DNA from: an uncultured virus (IMG/VR IMGVR_UViG_3300021599_001640)
Lineage: Duplodnaviria; Heunggongvirae; Uroviricota; Caudoviricetes
Strand: one strand, 5' to 3'
IMG/VR virus record: IMGVR_UViG_3300021599_001640
Length of the DNA stretch: 60,340 nt
The notes under the pieces were generated by a model. The model did not search any database, had not been told where the DNA came from, and saw only the letters and a program-made list of their open reading frames with translations. Shown one piece after another: positions 47,803 through 57,273 of this stretch; position 1 is the first letter of the stretch; the number at the start of each line of letters is the position of its first letter. The translations under genes and the position numbers were made by a program.

Positions 47803-49728
47803 ATGGAAAAACTTACCTTTAAAGAGTGGTCTATTCTCTCGGACCTCCAAACAATTGCACCTCTTGGAGAAGACTTTGAGTTCTCAATGGCTCGTGGAGA
47901 ACTTAAGACTGCACAGGCAGCAATTACAAGATTGATGACCAAACTCAAAGGTGAAGGAGATCTAGAAGCGTGGGTACAATCCAAAATCACTAAAGCTGCA
48001 GAGTATCTTGATACAGTAGCTGATCATCTTACTCATGGAGAAGATGATACAGAAAGAAAATCTGATGTTAAAGAAGGGTTCAAAGGACACAAATCCATAG
48101 AAGAAATCGCAAAAAAGCATAAAGTATCTCCATCAGTTATCGAAAAACAACTTGAGATGGGGATGAAAGTTGAAAAGGAACATACTACAGATAATGATCA
48201 AGCAATGGATATTGCATTGCAACATTTAGACGAAATTCCAAATTACTACTCCAAACTTAGAAAAATGGAGAAGGTAAAGGAAGATTGGTCGGAAAAATAT
48301 AAAAAGTCAATTGATTGTGATAATCCAAAAGGATTTTCCCAGAAAGCTCACTGCCAAGGTCGTAAAAAAAGAATGAATGAACATCTAGAGATTCTAGATG
48401 CAGACGGAAATCTTTTTGCAACTATTATTGATATTGTTAAAGGGTCTGATTATAAATTCAAAAGTTTTACTGAGCCTGTGAACGAAAAATGTTGGGATGG
48501 TTACAAACAACTCGGAATGAAAAAGAAAGGAAAGAAGATAGTTCCTAATTGTGTGAAGGAGAATTCCATTGATGAAGCCAACAAGAGTGGTGATAGTTCT
48601 TTGCGTGACTGGTTTACTAAGAGTCGCGCTTCTGATGGCACCCCTGGTTGGGTTCAACTGGGTGGTAAATACGCAGGGAAACCCTGTGCAAAACAACCAG
48701 GACAAACCACAAAACCAAAGTGTGGTTCCAGCAAAATGAAAGCAGAACTCTCCGATAAAGAAGAGGAGAGAGCATTCCGTCGTAAGAACCAGGAAGATCC
48801 AAACCCAGATAGAAAGGGTAAGGCTAAGATGGTTGCCACTGAGGAATTGGATAAAAGATTTGATTCTATGAGAAGTCGTGGTGGAAGAAGTGCCCCTCCA
48901 GAAGAAAGATCTGTTGGTGGTGAAATGAATAGAAAGAATAAAGATTATTGGGCAGACACTTTAGGTAAAAACAGAGATAGAGGAAAAGGAAGTAAAGCAA
49001 AAAGAAGGGCTGCAAAATTAGGTGAAGAAAAGGACGCATGTTATTCAAAGGTAAAATCTCGTTATAAGGTTTGGCCTTCTGCATATGCATCTGGTGCGTT
49101 AGTTAAGTGTCGTAAAGTTGGTGCTGCAAACTGGGGCAATAAAACCAAAAAAGAAGAATTTATTCCAGAAGAAATGAATGGAGTAAGATATTGCCCAAAG
49201 TGCCAAAAAAATGAAACATCTTCCGAATGCAAATACGGCGAAGGTTATTGGAAAATGTTCTCACTACCTTCTTCATTAGCTCCAGAAAAACCATATAGTA
49301 TTGCAAAAGTTCACCCAGCAAATGAAAATGTGAGTTTTGAAATCGGTTCTGGACACAGACATGCACAAAGACAAGCAAAAATTCGCAATCTTGCAACTGG
49401 AACTACTAACAAAGGAGAGAAAGAAGCCGCACTTAGAAAACTAAGTGGCCCCTCTCTTCCTCTTGCAGACTCTGTTATTCAACCAGGACAATTGACAAAC
49501 GAAGATTATCAACGGATACAATCTAGTGGTAATGTTTATACTATACTTTTTTCATGGAGAGGTAGACCAATGACAAATCTTCAACTTTTCTTCTCAAGTA
49601 TGAAGAGGCCATCAAAAGATGAAGTGAAAAAGGAAATTGAAAAGTTTTATCCAGGCGCAGTTATAATGCAGTGGTATCCAAGTCCTACCGACCCAACAAA
49701 ACCAATTGTAGTTATTCAAGGTAATTGA
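47803..49728 (+). CDS. Modular hypothetical protein (641 aa), probable prohead-protease-cleaved polyprotein
   Basis: ATG at 47803 (1 nt after the previous stop) preferred over the track's TTG at 47770. About 11 short modules separated by x-x-E junctions. Confidence 0.75.
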   Translation: MEKLTFKEWSILSDLQTIAPLGEDFEFSMARGELKTAQAAITRLMTKLKGEGDLEAWVQSKITKAAEYLDTVADHLTHGEDDTERKSDVKEGFKGHKSIEEIAKKHKVSPSVIEKQLEMGMKVEKEHTTDNDQAMDIALQHLDEIPNYYSKLRKMEKVKEDWSEKYKKSIDCDNPKGFSQKAHCQGRKKRMNEHLEILDADGNLFATIIDIVKGSDYKFKSFTEPVNEKCWDGYKQLGMKKKGKKIVPNCVKENSIDEANKSGDSSLRDWFTKSRASDGTPGWVQLGGKYAGKPCAKQPGQTTKPKCGSSKMKAELSDKEEERAFRRKNQEDPNPDRKGKAKMVATEELDKRFDSMRSRGGRSAPPEERSVGGEMNRKNKDYWADTLGKNRDRGKGSKAKRRAAKLGEEKDACYSKVKSRYKVWPSAYASGALVKCRKVGAANWGNKTKKEEFIPEEMNGVRYCPKCQKNETSSECKYGEGYWKMFSLPSSLAPEKPYSIAKVHPANENVSFEIGSGHRHAQRQAKIRNLATGTTNKGEKEAALRKLSGPSLPLADSVIQPGQLTNEDYQRIQSSGNVYTILFSWRGRPMTNLQLFFSSMKRPSKDEVKKEIEKFYPGAVIMQWYPSPTDPTKPIVVIQGN

Positions 49729-49729
49729 A

Positions 49730-49906
49730 ATGAACGTAAATCCCTCTGAAATAGTACTTGAAGATATTAATAAGATGTTAATTTATGAACAACAATCGAG
49801 GGTTATAGATAAGTTAGATAGAGATGAAGCAATAGAATTTGCCAAAGCTTATTTTAAACTATATCTCAAACAACAAGAAGTCGTAGCAAGTTTAGCGAAA
49901 TTGTAA
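49730..49906 (+). CDS. NblA-like small helical protein (58 aa), absent from the ORF track
   Basis: MNVNPSEIVLEDINKMLIYEQQSRVIDKLDRDEAIEFAKAYFKLYLKQQEVVASLAKL*. Fills the gap between the flanking genes (1-nt and 9-nt spacers). The ORF is near-certain; NblA identity is inferred. Confidence 0.7.
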   Translation: MNVNPSEIVLEDINKMLIYEQQSRVIDKLDRDEAIEFAKAYFKLYLKQQEVVASLAKL

Positions 49907-49915
49907 TTTTGTCTT

Positions 49916-51565
49916 ATGAGTGATCAGGTATATCTTGGTAATCCCAACCTTAAAAAGGCTAATGTAGCCGTAGAATTTACACAGGAACAAGTTCTTGAGT
50001 TTGTAAAGTGCAAGAACGATCCTGTGTATTTTGCTAAAAATTATATCAAGATTGTTTCACTAGACTATGGTGAAATACCTTTTAGGATGTATCCATTCCA
50101 AGAGAAGTTAATTACAAACTTTCACGAAAATAGATTTAACATTTGTAGAATGCCTCGTCAGACAGGTAAATCTACAACTTGTGTTTCATATTTGTTACAT
50201 TATGCAGTGTTTAATGATAATGTTAACATAGCTATTCTAGCCAACAAGGCATCCACAGCACAAGATCTACTTAGTAGATTACAATTTGCATATGAAAAAC
50301 TGCCAAAATGGATGCAACAAGGTATCGTATCATGGAACAAACGATCTCTAGAACTGGAGAATGGCTCAAAAATTATCGCCGCATCTACTTCTGCATCTGC
50401 TGTCCGAGGCGGATCGTATAATATCATCTTTTTGGACGAATTCGCTTTCATCCCGAATCACATTGCTGATGAATTCTTTGCCTCTGTTTATCCTACTATA
50501 TCGTCTGGACAAAGCACAAAAGTCCTAATTGTTTCTACCCCAAAAGGTATGAATCATTTTTACCGTATGTGGCATGATGCCGAACGCGGTAAAAATGAAT
50601 ACGTTCCCACAGATGTTCATTGGTCCGAAGTTCCAGGAAGAGACGATAAGTGGAAAGCACAAACTATTGCAAACACGTCAGAACAACAATTTAAAGTTGA
50701 GTTTGAGTGCGAATTTTTAGGATCTGTCGATACTCTCATATCTGCAGCAAAACTCAGATCTTTAGTTTACGATGATCCCATAAAAAGAAATGCAGGCCTT
50801 GACATTTATGAAGAACCTCAAAAGGATCATAATTATGTTTTAACGGTTGATGTTGCTAGGGGCGTAGAGAAAGATTATTCAGCATTTACAATTTGTGATA
50901 CAACAAGTTTTCCATATAGACTTGTAGCAAAATACAGAAATAACCAGATTAAACCAATGTTATTTCCGAGTATTATCAAAGATCTTGCAGTCGCTTACAA
51001 TAAAGCATATGTTTTAGTTGAAGTTAATGACGTTGGTGAACAAGTTGGACAGATTCTTCATATGGATTTGGAATATGATAACGTCCTTATGTGTACGATG
51101 AGGGGTCGTGCTGGTCAATTAGTGGGTCAAGGGTTTTCTGGTAAGAAATCTCAAATGGGCGTGAAGATGTCCAAAAATGTCAAAAAGATTGGATGCATGA
51201 ATCTTAAGACTTTAATAGAAGAAGATAAATTAGTCATTAAAGACTATGAAGTGATCAGTGAACTCACAACTTTCATTCAGAAAGCTAATTCTTTTGAGGC
51301 TGAAGATGGTTGTAATGATGATCTTGCAATGTGTCTAGTTATTTTTGCATGGTTAATCATGCAACCATACTTCAAAGAAATGACGGACAATGATGTTCGT
51401 AAAAGGATTTATGAAGAACAAAAAAATCAAATTGAACAAGATATGGCCCCTTTCGGATTCATTTCTGATGGGTTAGATAGTGGAGAAAGCTTTGTTGATG
51501 AAGATGGCGATCGTTGGCATGTTGATGAATATGGAGACATGCAATATATGTGGGATTATAGATAA
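49916..51565 (+). CDS. gp17: Terminase large subunit
   Basis: YLGNPNLK; Walker A PRQTGKST; Walker B IIFLDEFAF; STPKG; nuclease DVARG..KDYS and NDDL. No intein visible. Confidence 0.98.
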   Translation: MSDQVYLGNPNLKKANVAVEFTQEQVLEFVKCKNDPVYFAKNYIKIVSLDYGEIPFRMYPFQEKLITNFHENRFNICRMPRQTGKSTTCVSYLLHYAVFNDNVNIAILANKASTAQDLLSRLQFAYEKLPKWMQQGIVSWNKRSLELENGSKIIAASTSASAVRGGSYNIIFLDEFAFIPNHIADEFFASVYPTISSGQSTKVLIVSTPKGMNHFYRMWHDAERGKNEYVPTDVHWSEVPGRDDKWKAQTIANTSEQQFKVEFECEFLGSVDTLISAAKLRSLVYDDPIKRNAGLDIYEEPQKDHNYVLTVDVARGVEKDYSAFTICDTTSFPYRLVAKYRNNQIKPMLFPSIIKDLAVAYNKAYVLVEVNDVGEQVGQILHMDLEYDNVLMCTMRGRAGQLVGQGFSGKKSQMGVKMSKNVKKIGCMNLKTLIEEDKLVIKDYEVISELTTFIQKANSFEAEDGCNDDLAMCLVIFAWLIMQPYFKEMTDNDVRKRIYEEQKNQIEQDMAPFGFISDGLDSGESFVDEDGDRWHVDEYGDMQYMWDYR

Positions 51566-51795
51566 TGGATTTTGATGATCAATTTGAATTAGAACATTTA
51601 TTTCTTACTGAGAGAAAATGTAGAAAGTGTGGAAAAGTAAAAGATCTTATTGATGGTTTTTATCTTACGAGAAAAGGTAGAGGTGGCATAGCATCAGCAT
51701 ATTCATATGAGTGTAAAAATTGCACTATTCAAAGAATAGTCTCCAGTAGAATGACTAATAGAGTTTTTGATAAATGGGAATATCCTGACTGGTAA
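51565..51795 (+). CDS. Small Zn-ribbon protein (CxxC...CxxC)
   Basis: CRKC...CKNC with terminal WEYPDW; coupled to the gp17 stop (TAATG). Confidence 0.75.
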   Translation: MDFDDQFELEHLFLTERKCRKCGKVKDLIDGFYLTRKGRGGIASAYSYECKNCTIQRIVSSRMTNRVFDKWEYPDW

Positions 51796-51838
51796 TTTTT
51801 GTTCATGTACTGTTTCCCCAATATAAAGTTAGCAAATA

Positions 51839-51845
51839 ATAAATA
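51839..51845 (+). promoter_or_regulatory. Late promoter ATAAATA before gp18
   Basis: Intergenic; SD GAGGG downstream. Confidence 0.75.
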
Positions 51846-51882
51846 TTTGTAGTCAAGTTGAAACTTCTTTAGAGGGAAAGAC

Positions 51883-54291
51883 ATGTCGCTAAACTTAGTA
51901 TCACCAGGCGTAAAGGTCAGAGAAGTTGATCTTACTGTAGGCAGAATCGATGCAGTAAATGATCAAGTTGCAGCAATCGCCGGCCCATTTCTTAGAGGAC
52001 CTATTGGACAACCAGTTCTAGTAGAGACCGAACAGGATCTTTTAAACACATTCGGCAAACCATCTAATACTGATGGTCAGTATGAATATTGGTTAACTGC
52101 ATCCTCATATCTCTCTTATGGAGGAACATTAAGAGTTATTAGATCAGATGATGATGAATTAATCAACGCACATGCAGGTGTTGGTGGAAGTGCCGTAACT
52201 CTAAAAATAAAATCACAAGAAGATTATCAAAATAATTATACAAGTTCAACCGGATGGTTTTTTGCTTCTAAAGAAGCAGGATCTTGGGCTAATGGATTGA
52301 AAGTTTGTGTAATTGATAGTGCTGCAGACCAAAGAGTTTCTATTGGTACTTTTGGTTTAGCTGTAGGTTATGCTATGACTTGCGGAGTCAGCACTTCATA
52401 TGTAACTTCTTCAGGAACTGTAGAAACTTTCAATGGATACATCAAGGGAATTATTACAAAAGTTAATGTTGGTAGTGTGGATGTAAAAATTGTAAGTAGA
52501 CATGATTCAACTACCGGATTAAGTACTTCCGTTTCATATCAAACAAATGGACTCAATAAAATATTTCAACAACCAGAAGGTGAGGGAAGTATTTACTATC
52601 AAGTCTTTAATAATGTAGGAACTGCTACTTCCCTAGAGAAGTTTAGAATTTCTAATGCAGCTACAATCGGAATCGGATCTACTGTAGTAGCAACTACCGC
52701 TTCAATATCAAATAATGTTGAAGTTGGTGATTTAATTCAATCACTGAATAGTACATTTAAAGCAAGAGTGGTTGGACTAGCAACTGGTCAAATCATCGTA
52801 GATACAGTTTCTCCTGTTGCGCTTGCAGCTACAACTTTAGTTGTAACCTATGTCAGAAATTCTATAGATGGAACTTTAAGTAGAGGTGAGGGGTTACTTC
52901 CTAATAGTGATCTTAATTCAGTAGTCGATTGGTATGATCAACAGACTTTAGGATTAACTAATTCTACTGTATTTTGGAAAAACATTGCTCCTAGACCAGG
53001 AACATCTCAGTATACCGACTCAAGAAATGGAAAAAATGATGAGGTACACGTAGTTGTAGTCGATGATAGTGGATCCGTTTCTGGAATATCTGGTAACATT
53101 CTAGAGAAATTTACCAATCTGTCAAAAGCTACAGACGCCAAAATTACTCCAAGTGAAAATATTTACTATAAGACATATATTCAAAATAATTCAGAATATA
53201 TTTACGCTGGCGAAGTAGATGCTTTACTTTCTCCTTCATTCACATCCCTGGATGGTTATGTATTATCCAGTGGAGGGTCAATCGCTTGGGGTCAGGAAGC
53301 AAATTCAACTACTTTTGGACTTTCTGGTGCAAAAACTTATTCATTACAAAATGGCCACAACTATGGAGCTGGTAATGGATATTCTGTGAGTCTGGCAAAT
53401 ATCCTAAGTTCTTATGATATACTATCAAACCCAGCAGAATATAATATAAACTTTATTCTCGGTGGTCCAAGTGGTGGAGAAACAATCTTTGATTCTCAAG
53501 CAAAAGCAAATAAACTTATTTCCATTGCAGAATCAAGAAAAGATTGTGTAGTAACCATATCCCCACACAGAAGTGGTGTTGTAAATGTAACCAATAGTGA
53601 TACCCAAACATCGAACATAATTAATTTCTACGATTCAGTATCTTCAAGTTCTTATGCAGTATTTGATTCTGGATTCAAATACATGTTCGATAGATTTAAT
53701 AATCAGTTTAGATATATCCCATTGAATGGAGATATTGCTGGACTCATGGCAAGAACATCTATTAATAATTATCCATGGTTCTCCCCAGCAGGAGCTGCAA
53801 GAGGAACTATCAACAATGCGGTTAAACTTGCATACAATCCAAGTCAAGGTCAAAGGGATCTTCTTTATCCTAAGAGAATTAATCCAGTTATTTTCTCTCC
53901 TGGATCCGGAATTATTCTTTTTGGTGATAAAACAGGACTTTCTTATTCATCAGCTTTTGATAGAATAAATGTTCGTCGTCTATTCCTAACCATCGAAGAG
54001 ACCATTGAAAGAGCTGCAAGAGCCCAACTATTCGAATTCAATGATGCTGTAACAAGATCAAACTTCTTGAATATTGTTGAACCATATCTCCGTGATGTAA
54101 GGGCAAAGAGAGGTATAACAGACTTCTTAGTTATTTGTGATGAATCCAATAATACTCCAGATATTATTGATTCAAATCAATTTAGGGCTGATATTTTTGT
54201 AAAACCAGCACGATCAATTAACTTTGTTGGTCTAACTTTTGTTGCTAACAGAACTGGAGTTAGCTTCGAAGAGATTGTCGGAACCGTTTAA
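51883..54291 (+). CDS. gp18: Contractile tail sheath protein
   Basis: SPGVKVREVDLT; PWFSPAG..RG; LFGDKT....SAFDRINVRRLF; FEFND; KPARSINF. Confidence 0.98.
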   Translation: MSLNLVSPGVKVREVDLTVGRIDAVNDQVAAIAGPFLRGPIGQPVLVETEQDLLNTFGKPSNTDGQYEYWLTASSYLSYGGTLRVIRSDDDELINAHAGVGGSAVTLKIKSQEDYQNNYTSSTGWFFASKEAGSWANGLKVCVIDSAADQRVSIGTFGLAVGYAMTCGVSTSYVTSSGTVETFNGYIKGIITKVNVGSVDVKIVSRHDSTTGLSTSVSYQTNGLNKIFQQPEGEGSIYYQVFNNVGTATSLEKFRISNAATIGIGSTVVATTASISNNVEVGDLIQSLNSTFKARVVGLATGQIIVDTVSPVALAATTLVVTYVRNSIDGTLSRGEGLLPNSDLNSVVDWYDQQTLGLTNSTVFWKNIAPRPGTSQYTDSRNGKNDEVHVVVVDDSGSVSGISGNILEKFTNLSKATDAKITPSENIYYKTYIQNNSEYIYAGEVDALLSPSFTSLDGYVLSSGGSIAWGQEANSTTFGLSGAKTYSLQNGHNYGAGNGYSVSLANILSSYDILSNPAEYNINFILGGPSGGETIFDSQAKANKLISIAESRKDCVVTISPHRSGVVNVTNSDTQTSNIINFYDSVSSSSYAVFDSGFKYMFDRFNNQFRYIPLNGDIAGLMARTSINNYPWFSPAGAARGTINNAVKLAYNPSQGQRDLLYPKRINPVIFSPGSGIILFGDKTGLSYSSAFDRINVRRLFLTIEETIERAARAQLFEFNDAVTRSNFLNIVEPYLRDVRAKRGITDFLVICDESNNTPDIIDSNQFRADIFVKPARSINFVGLTFVANRTGVSFEEIVGTV

Positions 54292-54332
54292 TTCTTTAAG
54301 ATAAAACATCAATCCCTACCGAGGTAAAAACA

Positions 54333-55004
54333 ATGGCTGCACAATTTTCAAATACATCAACCTTTCAACAAAGAACTCTAGAAGATTTTAAATCAAAACT
54401 AATTGGTGGTGGTGCTAGACCAAATCTATTTGAAGTAGAACTTGGTTTTCCCACATTCGCTACTGGTAATGACACTACTATCTCAGAGTTATCTAGATTT
54501 ATGATCAAGGCAGCTAACTTGCCAGCTTCAAATGTTGGAGTAATTGAAGTTCCTTTTAGAGGAAGAAATTTAAAGATAGCTGGAGATAGAACCTTTGATG
54601 TGTGGACTATTACAATAATTAACGATGTTGATTTTAAATTAAGAACAACATTTGAAAAGTGGATGAATGCAATCAACAAACATGATGATAACTCTGGTTT
54701 AATTAATCCAGCACAGTATCAAAGAGATGCTATAGTAAAGCAGTTTGGAAGAGCTTCTATCCAAAATGCTACTGGAAACGTTGCTGATCCTGCAATTACA
54801 ATTGGAACGACATTACCTGTTCTAAAGGCTTATAAGTTCTACGGAATATTCCCAACTTCAGTAAGTGCGATTGACCTTTCCTATGATTCTGCTGATACAA
54901 TCGAAGAATTTACTGTAGATTTACAAGTTCAGTGGTGGGATGCTCTCGATAATGGTGGAGCTTCACAATTATCTACTACTGAGACCCCAACTGCGGAACT
55001 CTAA
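54333..55004 (+). CDS. gp19: Tail tube protein
   Basis: GGGARPNLFEV; VPFRGR.LKIAGDRTF..WTIT..ND; IEEFTV.LQVQWW; SD GAGGT. Confidence 0.97.
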   Translation: MAAQFSNTSTFQQRTLEDFKSKLIGGGARPNLFEVELGFPTFATGNDTTISELSRFMIKAANLPASNVGVIEVPFRGRNLKIAGDRTFDVWTITIINDVDFKLRTTFEKWMNAINKHDDNSGLINPAQYQRDAIVKQFGRASIQNATGNVADPAITIGTTLPVLKAYKFYGIFPTSVSAIDLSYDSADTIEEFTVDLQVQWWDALDNGGASQLSTTETPTAEL

Positions 55005-55010
55005 TAAATA
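55004..55010 (+). promoter_or_regulatory. Late promoter ATAAATA before gp20
   Basis: Overlaps the gp19 stop. Confidence 0.75.
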
Positions 55011-55035
55011 GTAGAAACTAGTTCACCCTTGAATA

Positions 55036-56739
55036 ATGCCTAAATTATTTGGTTTTAAAATCCAAGATTCGGAGGACGATAGATCTAAAAAGTCTATCGT
55101 CTCTCCTGTTCCGGAGAATCAAGAAGATTCTTCGGACTTTTATGTGTCTAGTGGATTTTATGGACAATATGTTGACATTGAAGGAGTTTATAAATCAGAA
55201 TATGATTTAATTAAAAGATATCGTGAAATGGCTTTACATCCAGAGGTGGATGGAGCTATAGAAGACGTTATAAATGAAGCAATAGTATCTGATCAAAATG
55301 ATTCTCCAGTACAAATAGACTTATCGAATGTACCCGCTTCAGATAAACTCAAAAAAATTATTAGAGATGAGTTTATCTATATTAAAGAAATTTTAGATTT
55401 TGATAAAAGATGTCATGAGATTCTAAGAAATTGGTACGTAGACGGTAGAATTTATTATCATAAAGTTATAGATTTAGAAAAACCACAAGAAGGAATTAAA
55501 GAAGTAAGATATATTGATCCTACAAAAATTAAACTTGTAAGAAAAATTAAAAGAGATGGAAAACATGTTTTGAATCCATCTTTTATGGTTACTGATGGTA
55601 AATCAGGGAACGTTAGTATGAGCACTCCCGAAGTGGAAGAATTTTATGAATATGATCCAAATACTAGGGGTGGTCAAAGAACAAGTACTTTTAAGAGTGG
55701 TGTAGGTGGCGCTGCAAGAATTTCTAAAGATTCAATCACATATGTACATTCCGGTCTTGTAGATAGGAATAAACAAGTTGTTCTTTCATACCTACACAAA
55801 GCAATCAAAGCTCTCAATCAATTAAGAATGATTGAAGACTCTCTTGTTATATACAGATTGTCTCGTGCTCCAGAACGTCGTATCTTTTATATTGATGTTG
55901 GCAATCTACCAAAAATTAAAGCGGAACAATATCTCCGTGATGTCATGACTCGCTATCGCAATAAGTTAGTTTATGACGCCAATACTGGAGAAATTCGTGA
56001 TGATAAAAGAATGATGGCAATGCTAGAAGATTTCTGGCTCCCTCGCCGTGAAGGTGGTAGAGGAACTGAAATCTCTACTCTTCCAGGTGGGCAAAACCTT
56101 GGAGAACTTGCTGATATTGAATATTTCCAGAAGAAACTTTATAGAGCTCTTGGTGTTCCAGAGTCTCGTTTGGGTGGAACAGGTGGATTCAACCTAGGCA
56201 GATCTTCAGAGATTTTAAGAGACGAAATTAAATTTACTAAGTTCGTCGGAAGAATGAGAAAGAGATTTTCTCAACTATTCATGGATATGTTAAAGACTCA
56301 ACTTATCCTCAAAAATATTGTAACTCCAGAAGACTGGAAAATTCTTTCCGATCACATTCAATTCGATTATGTTTATGACAATCACTTTGCAGAACTAAAA
56401 GAAGCAGAATTGATTCAAAACAGACTCAATGTTCTTGCAGTTGCTGAACCATACGTTGGGAAATATTTTTCTGTAGATTATGTCAGAAGAGTTATTCTCA
56501 AACAAACTGATTCTGAAATTGTAGAAATTGATGAACAAATAGTAAAAGAGAAAGAAAAAGGAATTATTCCACCCGATGTAGATCCTACAACTGGACTTCC
56601 TGTTGGGGAACAACCACCTATTGATCAAGGATCTATGGGCGAAGTTCCAGTTTCACCAGAAGCTTCAACTGCTTCTGTTGAGATGCAACCAACAGAAGAA
56701 GCTCCTAAAGCCACTATGCCTAAGGGTGGTAGGATCTAA
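55036..56739 (+). CDS. gp20: Portal vertex protein
   Basis: LHKAIKALNQLRMIEDSLVIYRLSRAPERRIFYIDVGNLPK; EDFWLPRREGGRGTEI.TLPGG. Confidence 0.98.
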   Translation: MPKLFGFKIQDSEDDRSKKSIVSPVPENQEDSSDFYVSSGFYGQYVDIEGVYKSEYDLIKRYREMALHPEVDGAIEDVINEAIVSDQNDSPVQIDLSNVPASDKLKKIIRDEFIYIKEILDFDKRCHEILRNWYVDGRIYYHKVIDLEKPQEGIKEVRYIDPTKIKLVRKIKRDGKHVLNPSFMVTDGKSGNVSMSTPEVEEFYEYDPNTRGGQRTSTFKSGVGGAARISKDSITYVHSGLVDRNKQVVLSYLHKAIKALNQLRMIEDSLVIYRLSRAPERRIFYIDVGNLPKIKAEQYLRDVMTRYRNKLVYDANTGEIRDDKRMMAMLEDFWLPRREGGRGTEISTLPGGQNLGELADIEYFQKKLYRALGVPESRLGGTGGFNLGRSSEILRDEIKFTKFVGRMRKRFSQLFMDMLKTQLILKNIVTPEDWKILSDHIQFDYVYDNHFAELKEAELIQNRLNVLAVAEPYVGKYFSVDYVRRVILKQTDSEIVEIDEQIVKEKEKGIIPPDVDPTTGLPVGEQPPIDQGSMGEVPVSPEASTASVEMQPTEEAPKATMPKGGRI

Positions 56740-56745
56740 TAAATA
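56739..56745 (+). promoter_or_regulatory. Late promoter ATAAATA
   Basis: Overlaps the gp20 stop. Confidence 0.7.
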
Positions 56746-56772
56746 CCTTAAATAAACATTGAATTAAAACAA

Positions 56773-56967
56773 ATGGATGATTTAATTGACATGATTGTTG
56801 CTGACCAATCCCCATCAGATATCAGCGACAGAATTAAAGAGATTTTAATGCAAAAATCAGCAGAAAATATTGATATTATTAGACCTGCGGTTGCTGCATC
56901 AGTTTTCGGAAATGAAGAAAATGTGGAAGAAAGTGATGATGAAGTTGCAGAGGAAGATGCAGAATAA
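56773..56967 (+). CDS. Small acidic prohead core protein (gp67-like position)
   Basis: 64 aa with an acidic tail, directly after the portal gene; late promoter upstream. Confidence 0.65.
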   Translation: MDDLIDMIVADQSPSDISDRIKEILMQKSAENIDIIRPAVAASVFGNEENVEESDDEVAEEDAE

Positions 56968-56973
56968 TAAATA
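56967..56973 (+). promoter_or_regulatory. Late promoter ATAAATA
   Basis: Upstream of the 89-aa gene and gp21. Confidence 0.7.
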
Positions 56974-56998
56974 ACTATTATAGGACTTTATTATAACG

Positions 56999-57268
56999 AT
57001 GCAAAGAACAAAAATAATTGCAACAGAAGTTGCAATGCCAACAACTGCAGGCGCTGCTTCCAGTATTAGTGAAGCAACTTGCGTAAGATTATACAATGGT
57101 TCTGGTGCTGCAGCTACGGTAAGTATTTCAACTGCTGTTGGAGCTGCAACAACCAATTCATTCACAATGGCTACAGGTGATGTTGAATTTCTTCAAAAAG
57201 CTGCAACGGATGTAATTTTTGCATCTTCTGCGTCTGTGAAAGCTGCCAAAGTAGGACTTACCAACTAA
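56999..57268 (+). CDS. Conserved small head-region protein (89 aa), possible capsid-associated beta protein
   Basis: A/T/S-rich with an AT.VRLYN motif; between the gp67-like gene and gp21; late promoter upstream. Confidence 0.7.
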   Translation: MQRTKIIATEVAMPTTAGAASSISEATCVRLYNGSGAAATVSISTAVGAATTNSFTMATGDVEFLQKAATDVIFASSASVKAAKVGLTN

Positions 57269-57273
57269 GAACC

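Noticed and set aside
49916..56739. Introns or inteins in terminase, sheath or portal genes
   Set aside because: ORFs are continuous with no splicing or homing-endonuclease motifs; the extra length of gp18 looks like a surface domain insertion.
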